From contig JAYTSD010000050.1 in assembly GCA_043745805.1 (NCBI GenBank), forward strand, positions 1 through 64,000: a DNA stretch of 64,000 bases, in the 5' to 3' direction. Source of the stretch: Fibrobacteria bacterium (GTDB lineage Bacteria; Fibrobacterota; Fibrobacteria; UBA11236). Positions 27,491-37,808 of this stretch are shown piece after piece (the stretch's first letter is position 1; every line of letters begins with the position of its first letter). The position numbers and the translations under genes were made by a program. A model generated the notes under the pieces. That model ran no database searches. It was given only the letters and a program-made list of their open reading frames with translations, and was not told where the DNA came from.

Positions 27491-29074
27491 ATGCAAAAAT
27501 TCATAAACATTTTTTTTCGTGGCACATTCTTATTGGCCTCCATTTTCATGGCACAAAATGCGTTTGCGGTTTTCAGTTACCCCAATTGTACCGATATTAA
27601 AGAAACCGATTTTCAACCCATTATGCTTTTTACTAATGCGACAAGTCCCACGGTGGAAGAGCCATTAAAAATGGGTTTCGATCGAGATGATATGGGTAAC
27701 GTGGATGTTTACTTTGTGCAACGCTTTGGTTTCATTCAGAAATACGATGCCAAGAAAAAAACGGTGATTAAATTAATTGATCTTGCTCCCTTTCACAATG
27801 TGAGCGATGGCTTATTGGGAATTGCTATGGATCCACAATTCAAAACTAATCATTGGATATATGTATTTAATACCGATGTCAAAGATTGGAGAATAGTGCG
27901 CTATACGGTAACCGGTGAGACGATTAACCCAACCAGTGAATTGGTGATTCTAAAAATCCCTAGCGCGCGCGGAACCATACATACAGGCGGGGCCATGCAG
28001 TTTGATGTGGATGGTAACTTATGGATTACGGTAGGGGAAAATGGCTATGCTTGGCCTTCGGCCAATACAAATGATTTACGCGGAAAAATATTGCGTATTA
28101 AACCTAAAACCATTCCCGAAGGAACGGTACTTACGAACTCGGGTTCAGGAATTACCTATGATATTCCAGCGGGGAATTTGTTTCCGGTTGGCACACTAAA
28201 GACTAAACCAGAAATTTATGTGATGGGCGTACGTAATGCTTATACCTTAACCCTTGATCCCGTGCGTCATGCGATGACATGGGGTGATGTAGGGCCGGAT
28301 ATGGGTGGACTGACGGAAGAACATGATTTTACCTCTGTGCCCGGAAATTTTGGTTACCCCTATTTTGCGGGAGCTAATATAAAAATTTCACTGGCAGGTG
28401 GAGGTAACAATAGTGGTACGGTAGATAAGCCTATTAATACCATGGTGGGTGATACCGCTTTAAAAGAATTGCCTCCAGCCATTCCTGCTTTGGACCCCTA
28501 TAATCGTGCGATTGCTATGACTGGGCCCGTGTATTATTATGATGCTAATTTGGTTTCCAAGGTAAAGTGGCCCCCGCATTTTAATGGAGTGTGGTTTGTA
28601 ACAGATTTTGGCGGTGGTTATTTTGATGCCGTAACTTTAGATGCCAAGGGAGAAACTATTGTTAAGCGCGAAAAGATTTTACCTAAAACTCATTTGAATC
28701 GCCCCCTAGATTTTCAAGTGGGACCGGATGGAGCATTCTACGTGGTGATATATGCGGGTTCGCGTAGCACTACGCCTGAAACCGGAATTATGCGCATTGA
28801 CTATATTGGAGATTGTCATCCTGCTGGAAGCACTTCGATAACCCCTCTTTCACAACAAAATCACAGGCTAAAAATTCACGGTCAGCAATTGCAAATATTT
28901 GCAGAAGGCGAATATACTGTTCTGATCCATAATTTGCAGGGTCAAAAAATGGCGAAGTATCAAAATGCGGGAAATAAGCAATATGATTTATCGCATATAG
29001 GAAAGACGGGAATTTATACGATAACGGTAAATACGCTTAAAGGTGTACTTAAAGAAAAAATATTTCTACCGTAA
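27491..29074 (+). CDS. PQQ-dependent sugar dehydrogenase-like (GSDH) beta-propeller with C-terminal sorting domain
   Basis: GLLGIAMDPQF, HTGGAMQFD.DGNLWITVGE, TNDLRGKILRI, IYVMGVRN, DVGPD; tail HNLQGQ...GIY. Confidence 0.85.
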   Translation: MQKFINIFFRGTFLLASIFMAQNAFAVFSYPNCTDIKETDFQPIMLFTNATSPTVEEPLKMGFDRDDMGNVDVYFVQRFGFIQKYDAKKKTVIKLIDLAPFHNVSDGLLGIAMDPQFKTNHWIYVFNTDVKDWRIVRYTVTGETINPTSELVILKIPSARGTIHTGGAMQFDVDGNLWITVGENGYAWPSANTNDLRGKILRIKPKTIPEGTVLTNSGSGITYDIPAGNLFPVGTLKTKPEIYVMGVRNAYTLTLDPVRHAMTWGDVGPDMGGLTEEHDFTSVPGNFGYPYFAGANIKISLAGGGNNSGTVDKPINTMVGDTALKELPPAIPALDPYNRAIAMTGPVYYYDANLVSKVKWPPHFNGVWFVTDFGGGYFDAVTLDAKGETIVKREKILPKTHLNRPLDFQVGPDGAFYVVIYAGSRSTTPETGIMRIDYIGDCHPAGSTSITPLSQQNHRLKIHGQQLQIFAEGEYTVLIHNLQGQKMAKYQNAGNKQYDLSHIGKTGIYTITVNTLKGVLKEKIFLP

Positions 29075-29096
29075 TGTTAACGCTATCACCGACTAA

Positions 29097-29138
29097 GTTA
29101 TTCGTAGGGGCACAAAATTTTGTGCCCCTACGAATAAC
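29097..29138. repeat. GTAG-type REP palindrome (perfect 42 bp)
   Basis: GTTATTCGTAGGGGCACAAAA/TTTTGTGCCCCTACGAATAAC; homologous to 61442-61475. Confidence 0.9.
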
Positions 29139-31059
29139 CCAAAGCTTTTTTCTTTAATGCTAAATAGCGTTCAGAATAAAACGGTGTGCCTAAACTTTCG
29201 CGATGATCAAAACCAAAGGCACGCGAGCTGACAGCTAGTATAGGAGGGGCTTGTACGCGTTTGGCGATAGCCATTCCTTGATAAAGATTCCACCATTTTT
29301 CTAAGTCTGGAATGAAGTCGCAAGCTTTTGGAAAGAGAGTATAGACATCGATTTTTTCGCAACCTAATTCTTGATTAAGGGTACCTGCTAGATAACTCTC
29401 TAAAACTTCTTCGGTAGTCCAGCGCTGCCAACGCTGCACCCAAGCATAAAAAAGTTTGTCATGATAAGGGTAAATAAGGGGATCGCCTTTGCCTTCATCT
29501 ACAGCCTGTGCCAGACTCAATTCGGCGCTGGGGACAATAGTGAATATGCCTTCAGGAATAATGGTTTTTTTAAAAACCTCTGCATTGAGATAATGCCCCA
29601 AGGCATAAATATCTTCTTTCCATAAATCGCCTAGTAAGCATAAAAATCCGCCTAAGTCACCATACAAGGTGCTGTAACCTACGGTCATTTCGGTTTTATT
29701 GGCATTGCAGGTAAATACACCATTGAATGCCGAAGATAAGGCGGATAACACTCGACTGGAACGATCGCGAGCTTGGATATTTTCCAAATGAAAATCTGAA
29801 AGCTCTAAAGTACTGGATTGGTTTCCATTAGGAGATGAAATTTTAAAACCATGAATTTGTTTTTGGGTTAAGGTGACACTTTCTTCAATGCTTATTTCAC
29901 CATAGAAACAATTGAGATTAGCCGCTAATTCCCGCGCTAAGTTTTTAGTAGTAGCGCTATTGAAGCGACTGGGCAAATTGACCAATAGTAAATTTTGAGG
30001 TTCCAGTATGGAGGCATAAAGCGCTGCGGCTACGGCACTGTCTATGCCTCCCGACAAACCAATCACCACTTTTTTTTGCCGAATGGATTGTAAATAGGCT
30101 TTTGCTCCAAATGCTAAGGCCTGATAGATTTCTTCCATTCGCGAGGAAGGGGTAGCCGATAGGTTTACTATCGGATCTGTAAGGGTTTGCTTTTCTTTAT
30201 CCCAACTTAAAACTTTTAAGGTTTCTTGATACGGTGCGCATTCACAAATGATTTCGCCTTGGGCATTATAGGCGGTGCTACGTCCATCAAAAGTAAAAAG
30301 CGTTTTGCCATTATTTTGCAAACCGATACAGTTGACATATAAAATAGGCTTTTGCGCTTGCTTGGCTTTCTGCGAAAATAAACGATTGCGTTTATTATTT
30401 TTGCCGGCCGTAAAAGGAGAGCCGCTGAGATTGATGATAAGATCAACCCCTTTGCTTAATAAAATATCGATGGGCTTTTGCGCATAATCTTCATCCCAAG
30501 CATCTTCACATAATAAAGCGCCTAAACGACAATGATTTTGATAATCATTAGTGCCAAGGCTTAAAGACAAAGGCTCTAGCAATTCTGCTAAAGGTTTATT
30601 TTGCTCAAGGCTTAATTTACGTAGATCATAAAAATGGCGAGTTTCTTCAAACTCTCTATAATTGGGCAATAATGTTTTGCTGGTGAAATCTTTTCCCATG
30701 CCAGAGAATAATAAGCACTTTCCTTTTTGCAAAGCAACAAAGCCATTGTATTTGCGCACACGACCATCTTCCCCTTTGTTTTGCCAATCGGGAATTACCG
30801 TGCCCAGCATAATTACCAGTGATGAATTTTTGGTAACCTCAAGAATACGTAACAAACATGTTTCGCAGGTTTTGAGGAAACACGGCCGTTCCCACATATC
30901 GCCTAATAAATATCCAGGTATACAGAGCTCAGGAAAAATAAGCAAGTCTACATTTTCACTTAGTGCTTTATTGATAAAAGCTATGATTTTAGTCGTATTA
31001 CGTTCGGGTTCGCCCGGAACAACTTCTATTTGCGCTAAGGCAATTTTTGTCAGCGACAT
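29128..31059 (-). CDS. nadE: Glutamine-dependent NAD+ synthetase
   Basis: Nitrilase-type domain (FPEL, KTLLPNY, LLCED) + GLSGGIDS, ENIQAR, GYSTLYGD, PSAEL. Confidence 0.95.
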   Translation of the reverse strand: MSLTKIALAQIEVVPGEPERNTTKIIAFINKALSENVDLLIFPELCIPGYLLGDMWERPCFLKTCETCLLRILEVTKNSSLVIMLGTVIPDWQNKGEDGRVRKYNGFVALQKGKCLLFSGMGKDFTSKTLLPNYREFEETRHFYDLRKLSLEQNKPLAELLEPLSLSLGTNDYQNHCRLGALLCEDAWDEDYAQKPIDILLSKGVDLIINLSGSPFTAGKNNKRNRLFSQKAKQAQKPILYVNCIGLQNNGKTLFTFDGRSTAYNAQGEIICECAPYQETLKVLSWDKEKQTLTDPIVNLSATPSSRMEEIYQALAFGAKAYLQSIRQKKVVIGLSGGIDSAVAAALYASILEPQNLLLVNLPSRFNSATTKNLARELAANLNCFYGEISIEESVTLTQKQIHGFKISSPNGNQSSTLELSDFHLENIQARDRSSRVLSALSSAFNGVFTCNANKTEMTVGYSTLYGDLGGFLCLLGDLWKEDIYALGHYLNAEVFKKTIIPEGIFTIVPSAELSLAQAVDEGKGDPLIYPYHDKLFYAWVQRWQRWTTEEVLESYLAGTLNQELGCEKIDVYTLFPKACDFIPDLEKWWNLYQGMAIAKRVQAPPILAVSSRAFGFDHRESLGTPFYSERYLALKKKALGYS

Positions 31060-31562
31060 TAATTTTTATTCGCTTCAGGAGTTTTATGTGTTTTGCCCAA
31101 TTGAGTTTGCAAGCTTAAGCGATGATTACGGCGTATCATAGCTTGTTCATAGCGCCTTTTTTCTTCTTCCGTTTCAGCAATTACATCGTGAACCAAACAG
31201 GGTTTGCCACTCATATCTAAGGCCACAAAAGTGAGATAGGCCGAGCAGACATGTAGTTCTTCTTCGGATCCATGGGGTAAGGTATAAACAATGACACCCA
31301 CCTCTAAGGAATGTTTGAATACCCGATTTACACAAGCTTTTAAAGTGACTATAGATCCATTCATTACAGGTTTTTTGAACATCAAAGAGTCAATAGAGAG
31401 TGTCACTACTGGCCCGCGCACATGACGAATGGCGCTGATGGCCGCGACTTTATCGATCATGGAAACTAATCTACCGCCAAATAAATGACCTAAGCTATTG
31501 AGATCTCCCGTTTGAATAATTTCGGATGACTCCACTTTGGATTTTTCTACCGTATTGTCCAT
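31059..31562 (-). CDS. Hotdog-fold acyl-CoA thioesterase
   Basis: DLNSLGHLFGG...ID..A, VVTLSID, SAYLTFVALD. Confidence 0.92.
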   Translation of the reverse strand: MDNTVEKSKVESSEIIQTGDLNSLGHLFGGRLVSMIDKVAAISAIRHVRGPVVTLSIDSLMFKKPVMNGSIVTLKACVNRVFKHSLEVGVIVYTLPHGSEEELHVCSAYLTFVALDMSGKPCLVHDVIAETEEEKRRYEQAMIRRNHRLSLQTQLGKTHKTPEANKN

Positions 31563-31620
31563 GTGCTCTCCCAGTTAAATTAAATTTACATCCGTGTTGA
31601 AAAAAAATGGAAAAAAGCGC

Positions 31621-33306
31621 ATGCCGAGATTATGGTTTTTATGGGCCTTGTCTTGGCTTTTTTTTCCGCATAATATTATTGCCGATAAAACTGCGGTTAT
31701 TGCTGTTAAACCCCCTTTAATTACCAATAACAATATCAAAATAAATACCAAAACAACTAGCAAAACTATTATTAAATCAGGCAACCCTTCCGCTATGGTG
31801 CCTAGGACACCTAAGGCCTCTAAGGATTCATCAAAAAGTATCGTACGCAAGAAAATGCGATATTCTCTCGCCATTGAAGACTCTTTATTACGCAATGGTT
31901 TTCCTTCCGAAGCGCAGATAGGCATTGTGCTACAGGAGGTCAGCAAAGACTCCCCTACCTTGGCGTGGAAGGGAAATATGAATTTGATTCCCGCCTCCAC
32001 GCAAAAACTTTTCACCACTTGGACGGCTTTTGAAACGTTTGGCCCGGAGAAAACTTTTGCTACGGATTTATATATCACAGGTGAAATACAAAACGGTATT
32101 TTAAAAGGGGATGTGATTATTAAAGGAAATGGTGATCCTAGTTTTGCCAGCGCGCTATTAGGAAAAACATGGATGGCCGATTCAGTTTTTTCCTTATGGA
32201 CGGAAAAACTTAAGCAAGCGGGAATAAAATCGGTGGAAGGATGTGTATGGGCGGATGCCTCCTATTTTGATGGGGAAGAGCCTGATGCGGCAGGTTTATG
32301 GGAAGATATTGGGAATTATTATGGCGGTTTAATTTCCGGACTTTGTTTTCGCGACAATGTATATGCTTTGGAATTGAGTTCACCCATCAAGGTTGGAGCG
32401 CCAATTAATTTAATTTCCTCTAAGCCAAATTATACCGGCATTGGTCGTTTTGATAATCAACTCTTTGCTGGCGAAGCGAATACTGGCGATTCGGCTTATA
32501 TATATGGATATGGATTGAAAACCGTACGCTATTTAAAAGGAACTTATCCCGCAGGTCGGGAGCGATTTATTCTGAAAGGCACTTTGCCCAGTCCTGCTTG
32601 GACTTGCGCTATGGAATGGAAATTATACTTGCAAACGCATGGCATATTAATTCAACAAAAACCTAATTCCAAACCTCAATTAGGCAAGCCATCTTATAGT
32701 AGCTGCTCCGATACCGTAATTGAAAAGTTACCTGAGTTAAGTACCTCTTTTAAAAATTGGAAATGGATCGATTCACATAAATCGCCCGAATTAACCATCA
32801 TTCTCCGACATATTCACGATAAAAGTGATAATAATTATGCCCAACAATTATGCGCGGTATTAGGAAAGGAAATAAAACATAAAGGCAATGCCGTAGGATG
32901 TCTTGAAGCTTTGCAAAGTAGCTTAGCGAAAAAGAATTTAGATTTAAATGAAATTCATTTTCGTGATGGTAATGGATTGTCGCGTTATAATTGGATATCT
33001 CCTCGACAAATGACGCAGTTTTTAGTTTTGGCCTCGCGGCACCCTAAATTTTTGGAATATCGTTCCACTTTAATTGGAGAAGAAAATAATCCAAAGAAAC
33101 TGGAGCGTTACGGTAAAAACTGGTCAGGATCTTTATGGATAAAAACCGGTACCTTACAAGGTGTATATGGTTTGACAGGTTATTTAATACCGAAGAGCGG
33201 GCATTTACAAGCCTTTTCCATCTTGATTAATCATTTTAATAATTCGAAAATGGATATGGATTCCCGAGTAGGTGAATTACTAAATCGCTGGAGAGAAAAT
33301 TATTGA
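31621..33306 (+). CDS. dacB: D-alanyl-D-alanine carboxypeptidase/endopeptidase (PBP4, peptidase S13)
   Basis: PASTQK (SxxK), GNGDPS, SDN, DGNGLSR, KTGT. Confidence 0.92.
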   Translation: MPRLWFLWALSWLFFPHNIIADKTAVIAVKPPLITNNNIKINTKTTSKTIIKSGNPSAMVPRTPKASKDSSKSIVRKKMRYSLAIEDSLLRNGFPSEAQIGIVLQEVSKDSPTLAWKGNMNLIPASTQKLFTTWTAFETFGPEKTFATDLYITGEIQNGILKGDVIIKGNGDPSFASALLGKTWMADSVFSLWTEKLKQAGIKSVEGCVWADASYFDGEEPDAAGLWEDIGNYYGGLISGLCFRDNVYALELSSPIKVGAPINLISSKPNYTGIGRFDNQLFAGEANTGDSAYIYGYGLKTVRYLKGTYPAGRERFILKGTLPSPAWTCAMEWKLYLQTHGILIQQKPNSKPQLGKPSYSSCSDTVIEKLPELSTSFKNWKWIDSHKSPELTIILRHIHDKSDNNYAQQLCAVLGKEIKHKGNAVGCLEALQSSLAKKNLDLNEIHFRDGNGLSRYNWISPRQMTQFLVLASRHPKFLEYRSTLIGEENNPKKLERYGKNWSGSLWIKTGTLQGVYGLTGYLIPKSGHLQAFSILINHFNNSKMDMDSRVGELLNRWRENY

Positions 33307-34133
33307 TAGATAAACTACAATTACTTATTTCCATTCCTCATGGCTCCGATTATGTGCCGACTGAAATTTTTAAGGAGATGTTGGGAAGTGGAGAGTCTCC
33401 TGAGAAATTACGCCATCGTATTTTTGCGCAAGGCGATCCATTTACCGATGAAATTTTTGCCTTTCCCTTGGCTCTGAAAATTGTTAAGGCGGAATATTCT
33501 CGCTTTGTAGTGGATTTAAATCGCGAGATTGAAGAGGACGATGAAAATGGCATCATGAAATTAATTGATTTTGATCGCAAGCCACTGTATGCCAAAAATT
33601 ACACGCTTAGCGAAGACAAAAAAGATCAACGTTTACAAAAATATTATGATCCTTATCATCGAGAATTAGAAAAATATTTGCAGCAAAAAGAAATTTTGGG
33701 CTTTATAGATGGGCATTCTATGAGCGCCTTTGGGCCTTCCTTGGGGCCAGATCAAGGCAAGCCTAGGCCCGCATTTTGCATTAGTAATTTTGGCGATGCG
33801 AATGGGGATTTTGTTTGCCATCCTTTGTCTTTTCCTGCAGAAGGAACTAGGGCTTTGAAAAATAAAGCACAAGAGATCTTCGAATATTTTTTAATAGAAG
33901 AAAATTTACCGCGACAAATATTTTTGAATCAGCCTTTTGATGGCGGATCTATTTTGCGAAAATATTCGGAACTTGGCAACCCCTATAGTAAACCAGGATT
34001 AATGGTGGAAGTGAATCGCGCACTTTATTTAAATGAAACGTCTTTGTTACCTATTCCCGGACGGATAGCCACCTTAAGGCAGGGCTTACAGCTTTTGGCA
34101 GAGAGTATGGTGGAGTGGTTAAAAAATAGCTAA
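33303..34133 (+). CDS. N-formylglutamate amidohydrolase family protein
   Basis: ISIPHG, DPFTD, SRFVVDLNR, YYDPYH, DGHSM, NQPFDGG, VEVNRALY. Confidence 0.88.
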   Translation: MIDKLQLLISIPHGSDYVPTEIFKEMLGSGESPEKLRHRIFAQGDPFTDEIFAFPLALKIVKAEYSRFVVDLNREIEEDDENGIMKLIDFDRKPLYAKNYTLSEDKKDQRLQKYYDPYHRELEKYLQQKEILGFIDGHSMSAFGPSLGPDQGKPRPAFCISNFGDANGDFVCHPLSFPAEGTRALKNKAQEIFEYFLIEENLPRQIFLNQPFDGGSILRKYSELGNPYSKPGLMVEVNRALYLNETSLLPIPGRIATLRQGLQLLAESMVEWLKNS

Positions 34134-34156
34134 AATGCCTTTGCAGTAATGTCTAG

Positions 34157-34594
34157 CTAGGGCGCTTTGGCTTCAAACATTATCGAATCAACAATATTGA
34201 GGGAAGAGTGGTATTCGGACATTAATTGCACAATGATTTTATGCCGACCTGGAGTGAATAATTCTACGCCTACGGTATCGGTAGTGTCTATGACGGCGGT
34301 TTCTTTATCGTCAATGGGAACATCTAACCAGAGATGAACATGCCCTTTGAGTGGCCCTTCTCCCACAATGCTGGTATTGATTTTTGCGGTTGGCTGAATT
34401 TGCTTAAAGTTTTCCGTTTTGATCAAAACCGTTAAATGTCCGAGAGGCACAATTTGCTGTGATCGAGGATAAATTATTTTCACATGTGCGGAAGAGTCTG
34501 CAGAATCGGTACTGCATTGAATAGTCAATACGGCAAAAAACCAAGCGAAGAACATAAAATAAGCAGATTTTGGGTTTTCAGATTTCATAAACAT
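34157..34594 (-). CDS. Exported/lipoprotein with Ig-like domain (GHxHLWLD; DUF4399-like)
   Basis: Signal peptide with Cys; GHVHLWLD, PGRHKI...H. Confidence 0.6.
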   Translation of the reverse strand: MFMKSENPKSAYFMFFAWFFAVLTIQCSTDSADSSAHVKIIYPRSQQIVPLGHLTVLIKTENFKQIQPTAKINTSIVGEGPLKGHVHLWLDVPIDDKETAVIDTTDTVGVELFTPGRHKIIVQLMSEYHSSLNIVDSIMFEAKAP

Positions 34595-34624
34595 AAATAT
34601 ACCGTAGGTTACTAATTTTATCGC

Positions 34625-34885
34625 ATGACTTTAATCAAGCAAAAAGTAAAAGTTCGCTATTATGCACAGTTACGTGAGCAACTGGGTTTGCGTGAAGAAG
34701 ACGTGGATTTACAGCTTCCCAATGATGAGCAACACCTTTTGGAACAATTAGCAGCGCTTCATCCACAAGTTGCGGTATTATTTAAAAGCAGTCGTATTGC
34801 AGTTGAAGACCAATACTTTAATCTCCATCATTGCTTCGAAAATATTTCGGTAGTCGATATCATTTCTCCTATTAGTGGAGGGTAA
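34625..34885 (+). CDS. moaD: MoaD/ThiS sulfur carrier
   Basis: VRYYAQLRE...PISGG C-terminus; next to moaE. Confidence 0.88.
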   Translation: MTLIKQKVKVRYYAQLREQLGLREEDVDLQLPNDEQHLLEQLAALHPQVAVLFKSSRIAVEDQYFNLHHCFENISVVDIISPISGG

Positions 34886-34890
34886 ATCAC

Positions 34891-35322
34891 ATGAGTTATT
34901 TTACAACATCACCTATTTCTCATGATGCTCTATATCAATCCGTACTTGATCCTCGTGCCGGTGCAGTTTTGGTTTTCGATGGTACCGCGCGTAATCATAG
35001 TAATGTGGCTATGGATGTCATCGCCTTGGAATACGAAGCCAAGCTTCCCATGGCCGATAAAATTATTGCCCAAATCATTGCCGAGGTAACTGCACAGATA
35101 CCTATAGAAAAAGTAGCTATTTTGCATCGAGAGGGACGCGTTGGCCTTATGGAGCCGAGTGTAGTGATTGCCGTGAGCGCCGCACATAGAGGCGAAGCCT
35201 ATAAAGCCTCACGCCTGATAATTGATAGAATAAAACATGAAGCCCCCATTTGGAAAAAAGAAATATTACCTGATGGATCTGGAGTTTGGAGTGAAGGATG
35301 CAAAGCTTGCAGTCCATATTAG
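34891..35322 (+). CDS. moaE: Molybdopterin synthase catalytic subunit
   Basis: GAVLVFDGTARN, LEYEA, HREG, AHRGEA, KHEAPIWKKE. Confidence 0.93.
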   Translation: MSYFTTSPISHDALYQSVLDPRAGAVLVFDGTARNHSNVAMDVIALEYEAKLPMADKIIAQIIAEVTAQIPIEKVAILHREGRVGLMEPSVVIAVSAAHRGEAYKASRLIIDRIKHEAPIWKKEILPDGSGVWSEGCKACSPY

Positions 35323-36407
35323 CAAAGGCCTTGGAAGGCCAAAGACTTTCTTCGCAAGACGCATTAATTTTATTGTGTTCCGAGGATTGGCCGCAAATCG
35401 TAGCCACCGCAAAAATTATTCGCGATCGCTTGCATGCTCCGCAAGAAGTGAGTTACACGGCTTTTCGTGTGATTAATTATACCAATTACTGTAATGTGGA
35501 TTGCTCCTTCTGCTCTTTTAAAGATGAAATTGAAAGTGACAAAGGCTATACCTTAAGCCTAGCACAGATCGCAGCCAAAACCGAGGAAGCATTGGCTTTA
35601 GGTGTGGATCAAATATTTTTACAAGGGGGAGTAAATCCTAAGTTACCCCTAACTTATTATACCGATGCCTTGGAAATGCTTTCGCAAAAATACCAAGTGC
35701 ATGTGCGAGGATTTTCACCCGTGGAATTAGCACGCTTGGCAGAAAAAGAAAAAATGCCTTTGCATGAATTGTTATTAATACTTAAGTCGGCAGGCTTGGC
35801 ATCTGTGCCTGGAGCGGGTGCGGAGATATTAACCGATTCAATGCGGCAAATTCTTTCGCCCAAAAAATTAAGCGGTAAAGAATGGTGCGCCGTGATGGGT
35901 GAATGCCATCAAGTGGGTTTATTGGGATCCTGTAATATCGTTTTTGGTTCGGTGGAAACGAATGAAGATATTATTGAACATTTGCAATTGTTGCGTGAAC
36001 AACAAGATAAAACGGGAGGATTTTTATCCTTTATCCCTTGGGTATTTCAACAACAAACCAAACGCTTTACCGTTAAGCATGTCAAGGGTTGGGAGTATTT
36101 ACGCTTGATTGCCATCTCACGGCTTTTCTTAGATAATATTCCCAATATTGAAGTTAGCGTTTTGGGAATGGGAAAAGATTTAGGTGAACTTGCATTGTTT
36201 AGCGGAGCAAATGATATTAATAGCATTGTCATAGAAGAAAATGTTTTACGATCTTCAGGGCTGAAAACCTTAAGAGCTGCACGGCGCTTTATTGAAGAAG
36301 CGGGATTTATTCCTGTACGCCGTACTTTGAATTATGAAACAAAAAATTATATCGAGGTTTCATCCGAGCTTTCATCCCAACTTTCCGAAGGTTCCGAAGC
36401 GTTTTAA
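35298..36407 (+). CDS. mqnC: CofH/MqnC-family radical SAM protein (likely cyclic dehypoxanthine futalosine synthase)
   Basis: INYTNYCNVDCSFCSF, LQGG, FSPVE, PGAGAEIL, GGFLSFIPW, GAND...EENV. Confidence 0.75.
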   Translation: MQSLQSILAKALEGQRLSSQDALILLCSEDWPQIVATAKIIRDRLHAPQEVSYTAFRVINYTNYCNVDCSFCSFKDEIESDKGYTLSLAQIAAKTEEALALGVDQIFLQGGVNPKLPLTYYTDALEMLSQKYQVHVRGFSPVELARLAEKEKMPLHELLLILKSAGLASVPGAGAEILTDSMRQILSPKKLSGKEWCAVMGECHQVGLLGSCNIVFGSVETNEDIIEHLQLLREQQDKTGGFLSFIPWVFQQQTKRFTVKHVKGWEYLRLIAISRLFLDNIPNIEVSVLGMGKDLGELALFSGANDINSIVIEENVLRSSGLKTLRAARRFIEEAGFIPVRRTLNYETKNYIEVSSELSSQLSEGSEAF

Positions 36408-36428
36408 TTAAACTCAAAAATTACACCT

Positions 36429-37808
36429 TCAAAGTAATTTGCCACGCATCACAAACATGGCAATATTGAAATAAATTACAATACCCGTTACGTCGATAAA
36501 AGTGGCGACAAAAGGCGCAGAAGAAGTGGCCGGATCTGCTCCAAATTTCTTTAAGACTATGGGTAACATAGCGCCCATTAAAGTGCCCCACATCACCACG
36601 CCAATAAGAGAAAAGAAAATCGAAATAGCCACCAGCATCCAATGCGGCCCGTAAATTGCAGAAAACTGCGACCAAATAGAAATACGTAAAAAACCAACAA
36701 TACCTAGAACCAGCCCCAAACATAAGCCCGCTACAATTTCGCGACCGAGCACGCGCCACCAATCGCGAAAATGAATTTCACCTAAAGCAATAGCACGTAT
36801 CACCAAGGTTGCGGCCTGTGATCCCGAATTACCACCGCTGGAAATAATTAAAGGGATAAATAAAGCCAATACCACGGCCTTGGAAATTTCATTCTGATAA
36901 AATCCCATAGCCGTTGCAGTTAACATTTCACTTAAAAAAAGTACGGTGAGCCAGCCGCCTCTTTTTTTAACCATTTGAAAAATAGGCGTTTGCATATAAG
37001 GTTCGCTTAAACCCGAGACAGCGCCTAATTTATGAATATCTTCCGTGAATTCTTCTTCGGCAACATGTAGCACATCATCAATAGTGATGATACCTACTAA
37101 AAATCCTTCGCCATCGACAATCGGTAAGGCGGTGCGATTATAACGTTTGAAGGCGTGAACGGCTTCTTCTTGTTCTGCGGTAGCGGGCAAGGATACATAT
37201 TGATAATCCATGAGTTCGCTAATGCGACGGTCTCTAGGTGACAACAACACTTCACGAATATGAATATCGTCTATGAGGTGACCTTTATCATCCACCAAAT
37301 AGAGGGCATTAAGGGTTTCTTTGTCTTGTCCATTTTTTTGAATAAAATCTAAGGTTTGTTCCACAGTCCATTCTTTGCGAATCACTAAAAAATCGGGAGT
37401 CATTAAACGACCCACACTGTCTTTGGGAAAGTTAAGTAAGCTTTGCGCTATGGCTCTTTCGGAGGGTTGTAAAAAACTCAGTAATTGTTTGGTGAGCGTG
37501 GGCGAAAGGGATTCTAAGAGGGCCGTGCGATTATCCGCAGCCATTTCATTGATTAATTCAGCCACGCGTAAATTGGAAATAGTATCGATTAAATCTTCTT
37601 GATGACCAATTTCTAATTGTTCAAAAACCTCGGTGGCTTTGGCGACCGGAAGATTTTCAAGTAGCGTGACTTGATGTTCATGGGATAATTCTAAAAGTAT
37701 TTCGGCAATATCCGCTGGAGGTAGGTTACTGCATATGTGTTCAAGCTCTTCTACGTTTCCGGTTTCGAGTACGCTTTCGATTTCAGGCTGTAGCAATTTT
37801 CCTAACAT
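36429..37808 (-). CDS. mgtE: Magnesium transporter MgtE
   Basis: N-domain, tandem CBS domains, GIITIDD, SSGGNSGSQA, DPATSSAPFVATFIDV. Confidence 0.96.
   Translation of the reverse strand: MLGKLLQPEIESVLETGNVEELEHICSNLPPADIAEILLELSHEHQVTLLENLPVAKATEVFEQLEIGHQEDLIDTISNLRVAELINEMAADNRTALLESLSPTLTKQLLSFLQPSERAIAQSLLNFPKDSVGRLMTPDFLVIRKEWTVEQTLDFIQKNGQDKETLNALYLVDDKGHLIDDIHIREVLLSPRDRRISELMDYQYVSLPATAEQEEAVHAFKRYNRTALPIVDGEGFLVGIITIDDVLHVAEEEFTEDIHKLGAVSGLSEPYMQTPIFQMVKKRGGWLTVLFLSEMLTATAMGFYQNEISKAVVLALFIPLIISSGGNSGSQAATLVIRAIALGEIHFRDWWRVLGREIVAGLCLGLVLGIVGFLRISIWSQFSAIYGPHWMLVAISIFFSLIGVVMWGTLMGAMLPIVLKKFGADPATSSAPFVATFIDVTGIVIYFNIAMFVMRGKLL

Noticed and set aside
29530..29536. GGGGACA inside nadE
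   Set aside because: Lies within an intact housekeeping CDS; shows the 7-mer alone occurs by chance.
31575..32078. 167-aa antisense ORF and the many other short antisense ORFs in the track
   Set aside because: They overlap well-supported genes on the opposite strand or frame and have no motifs of their own.
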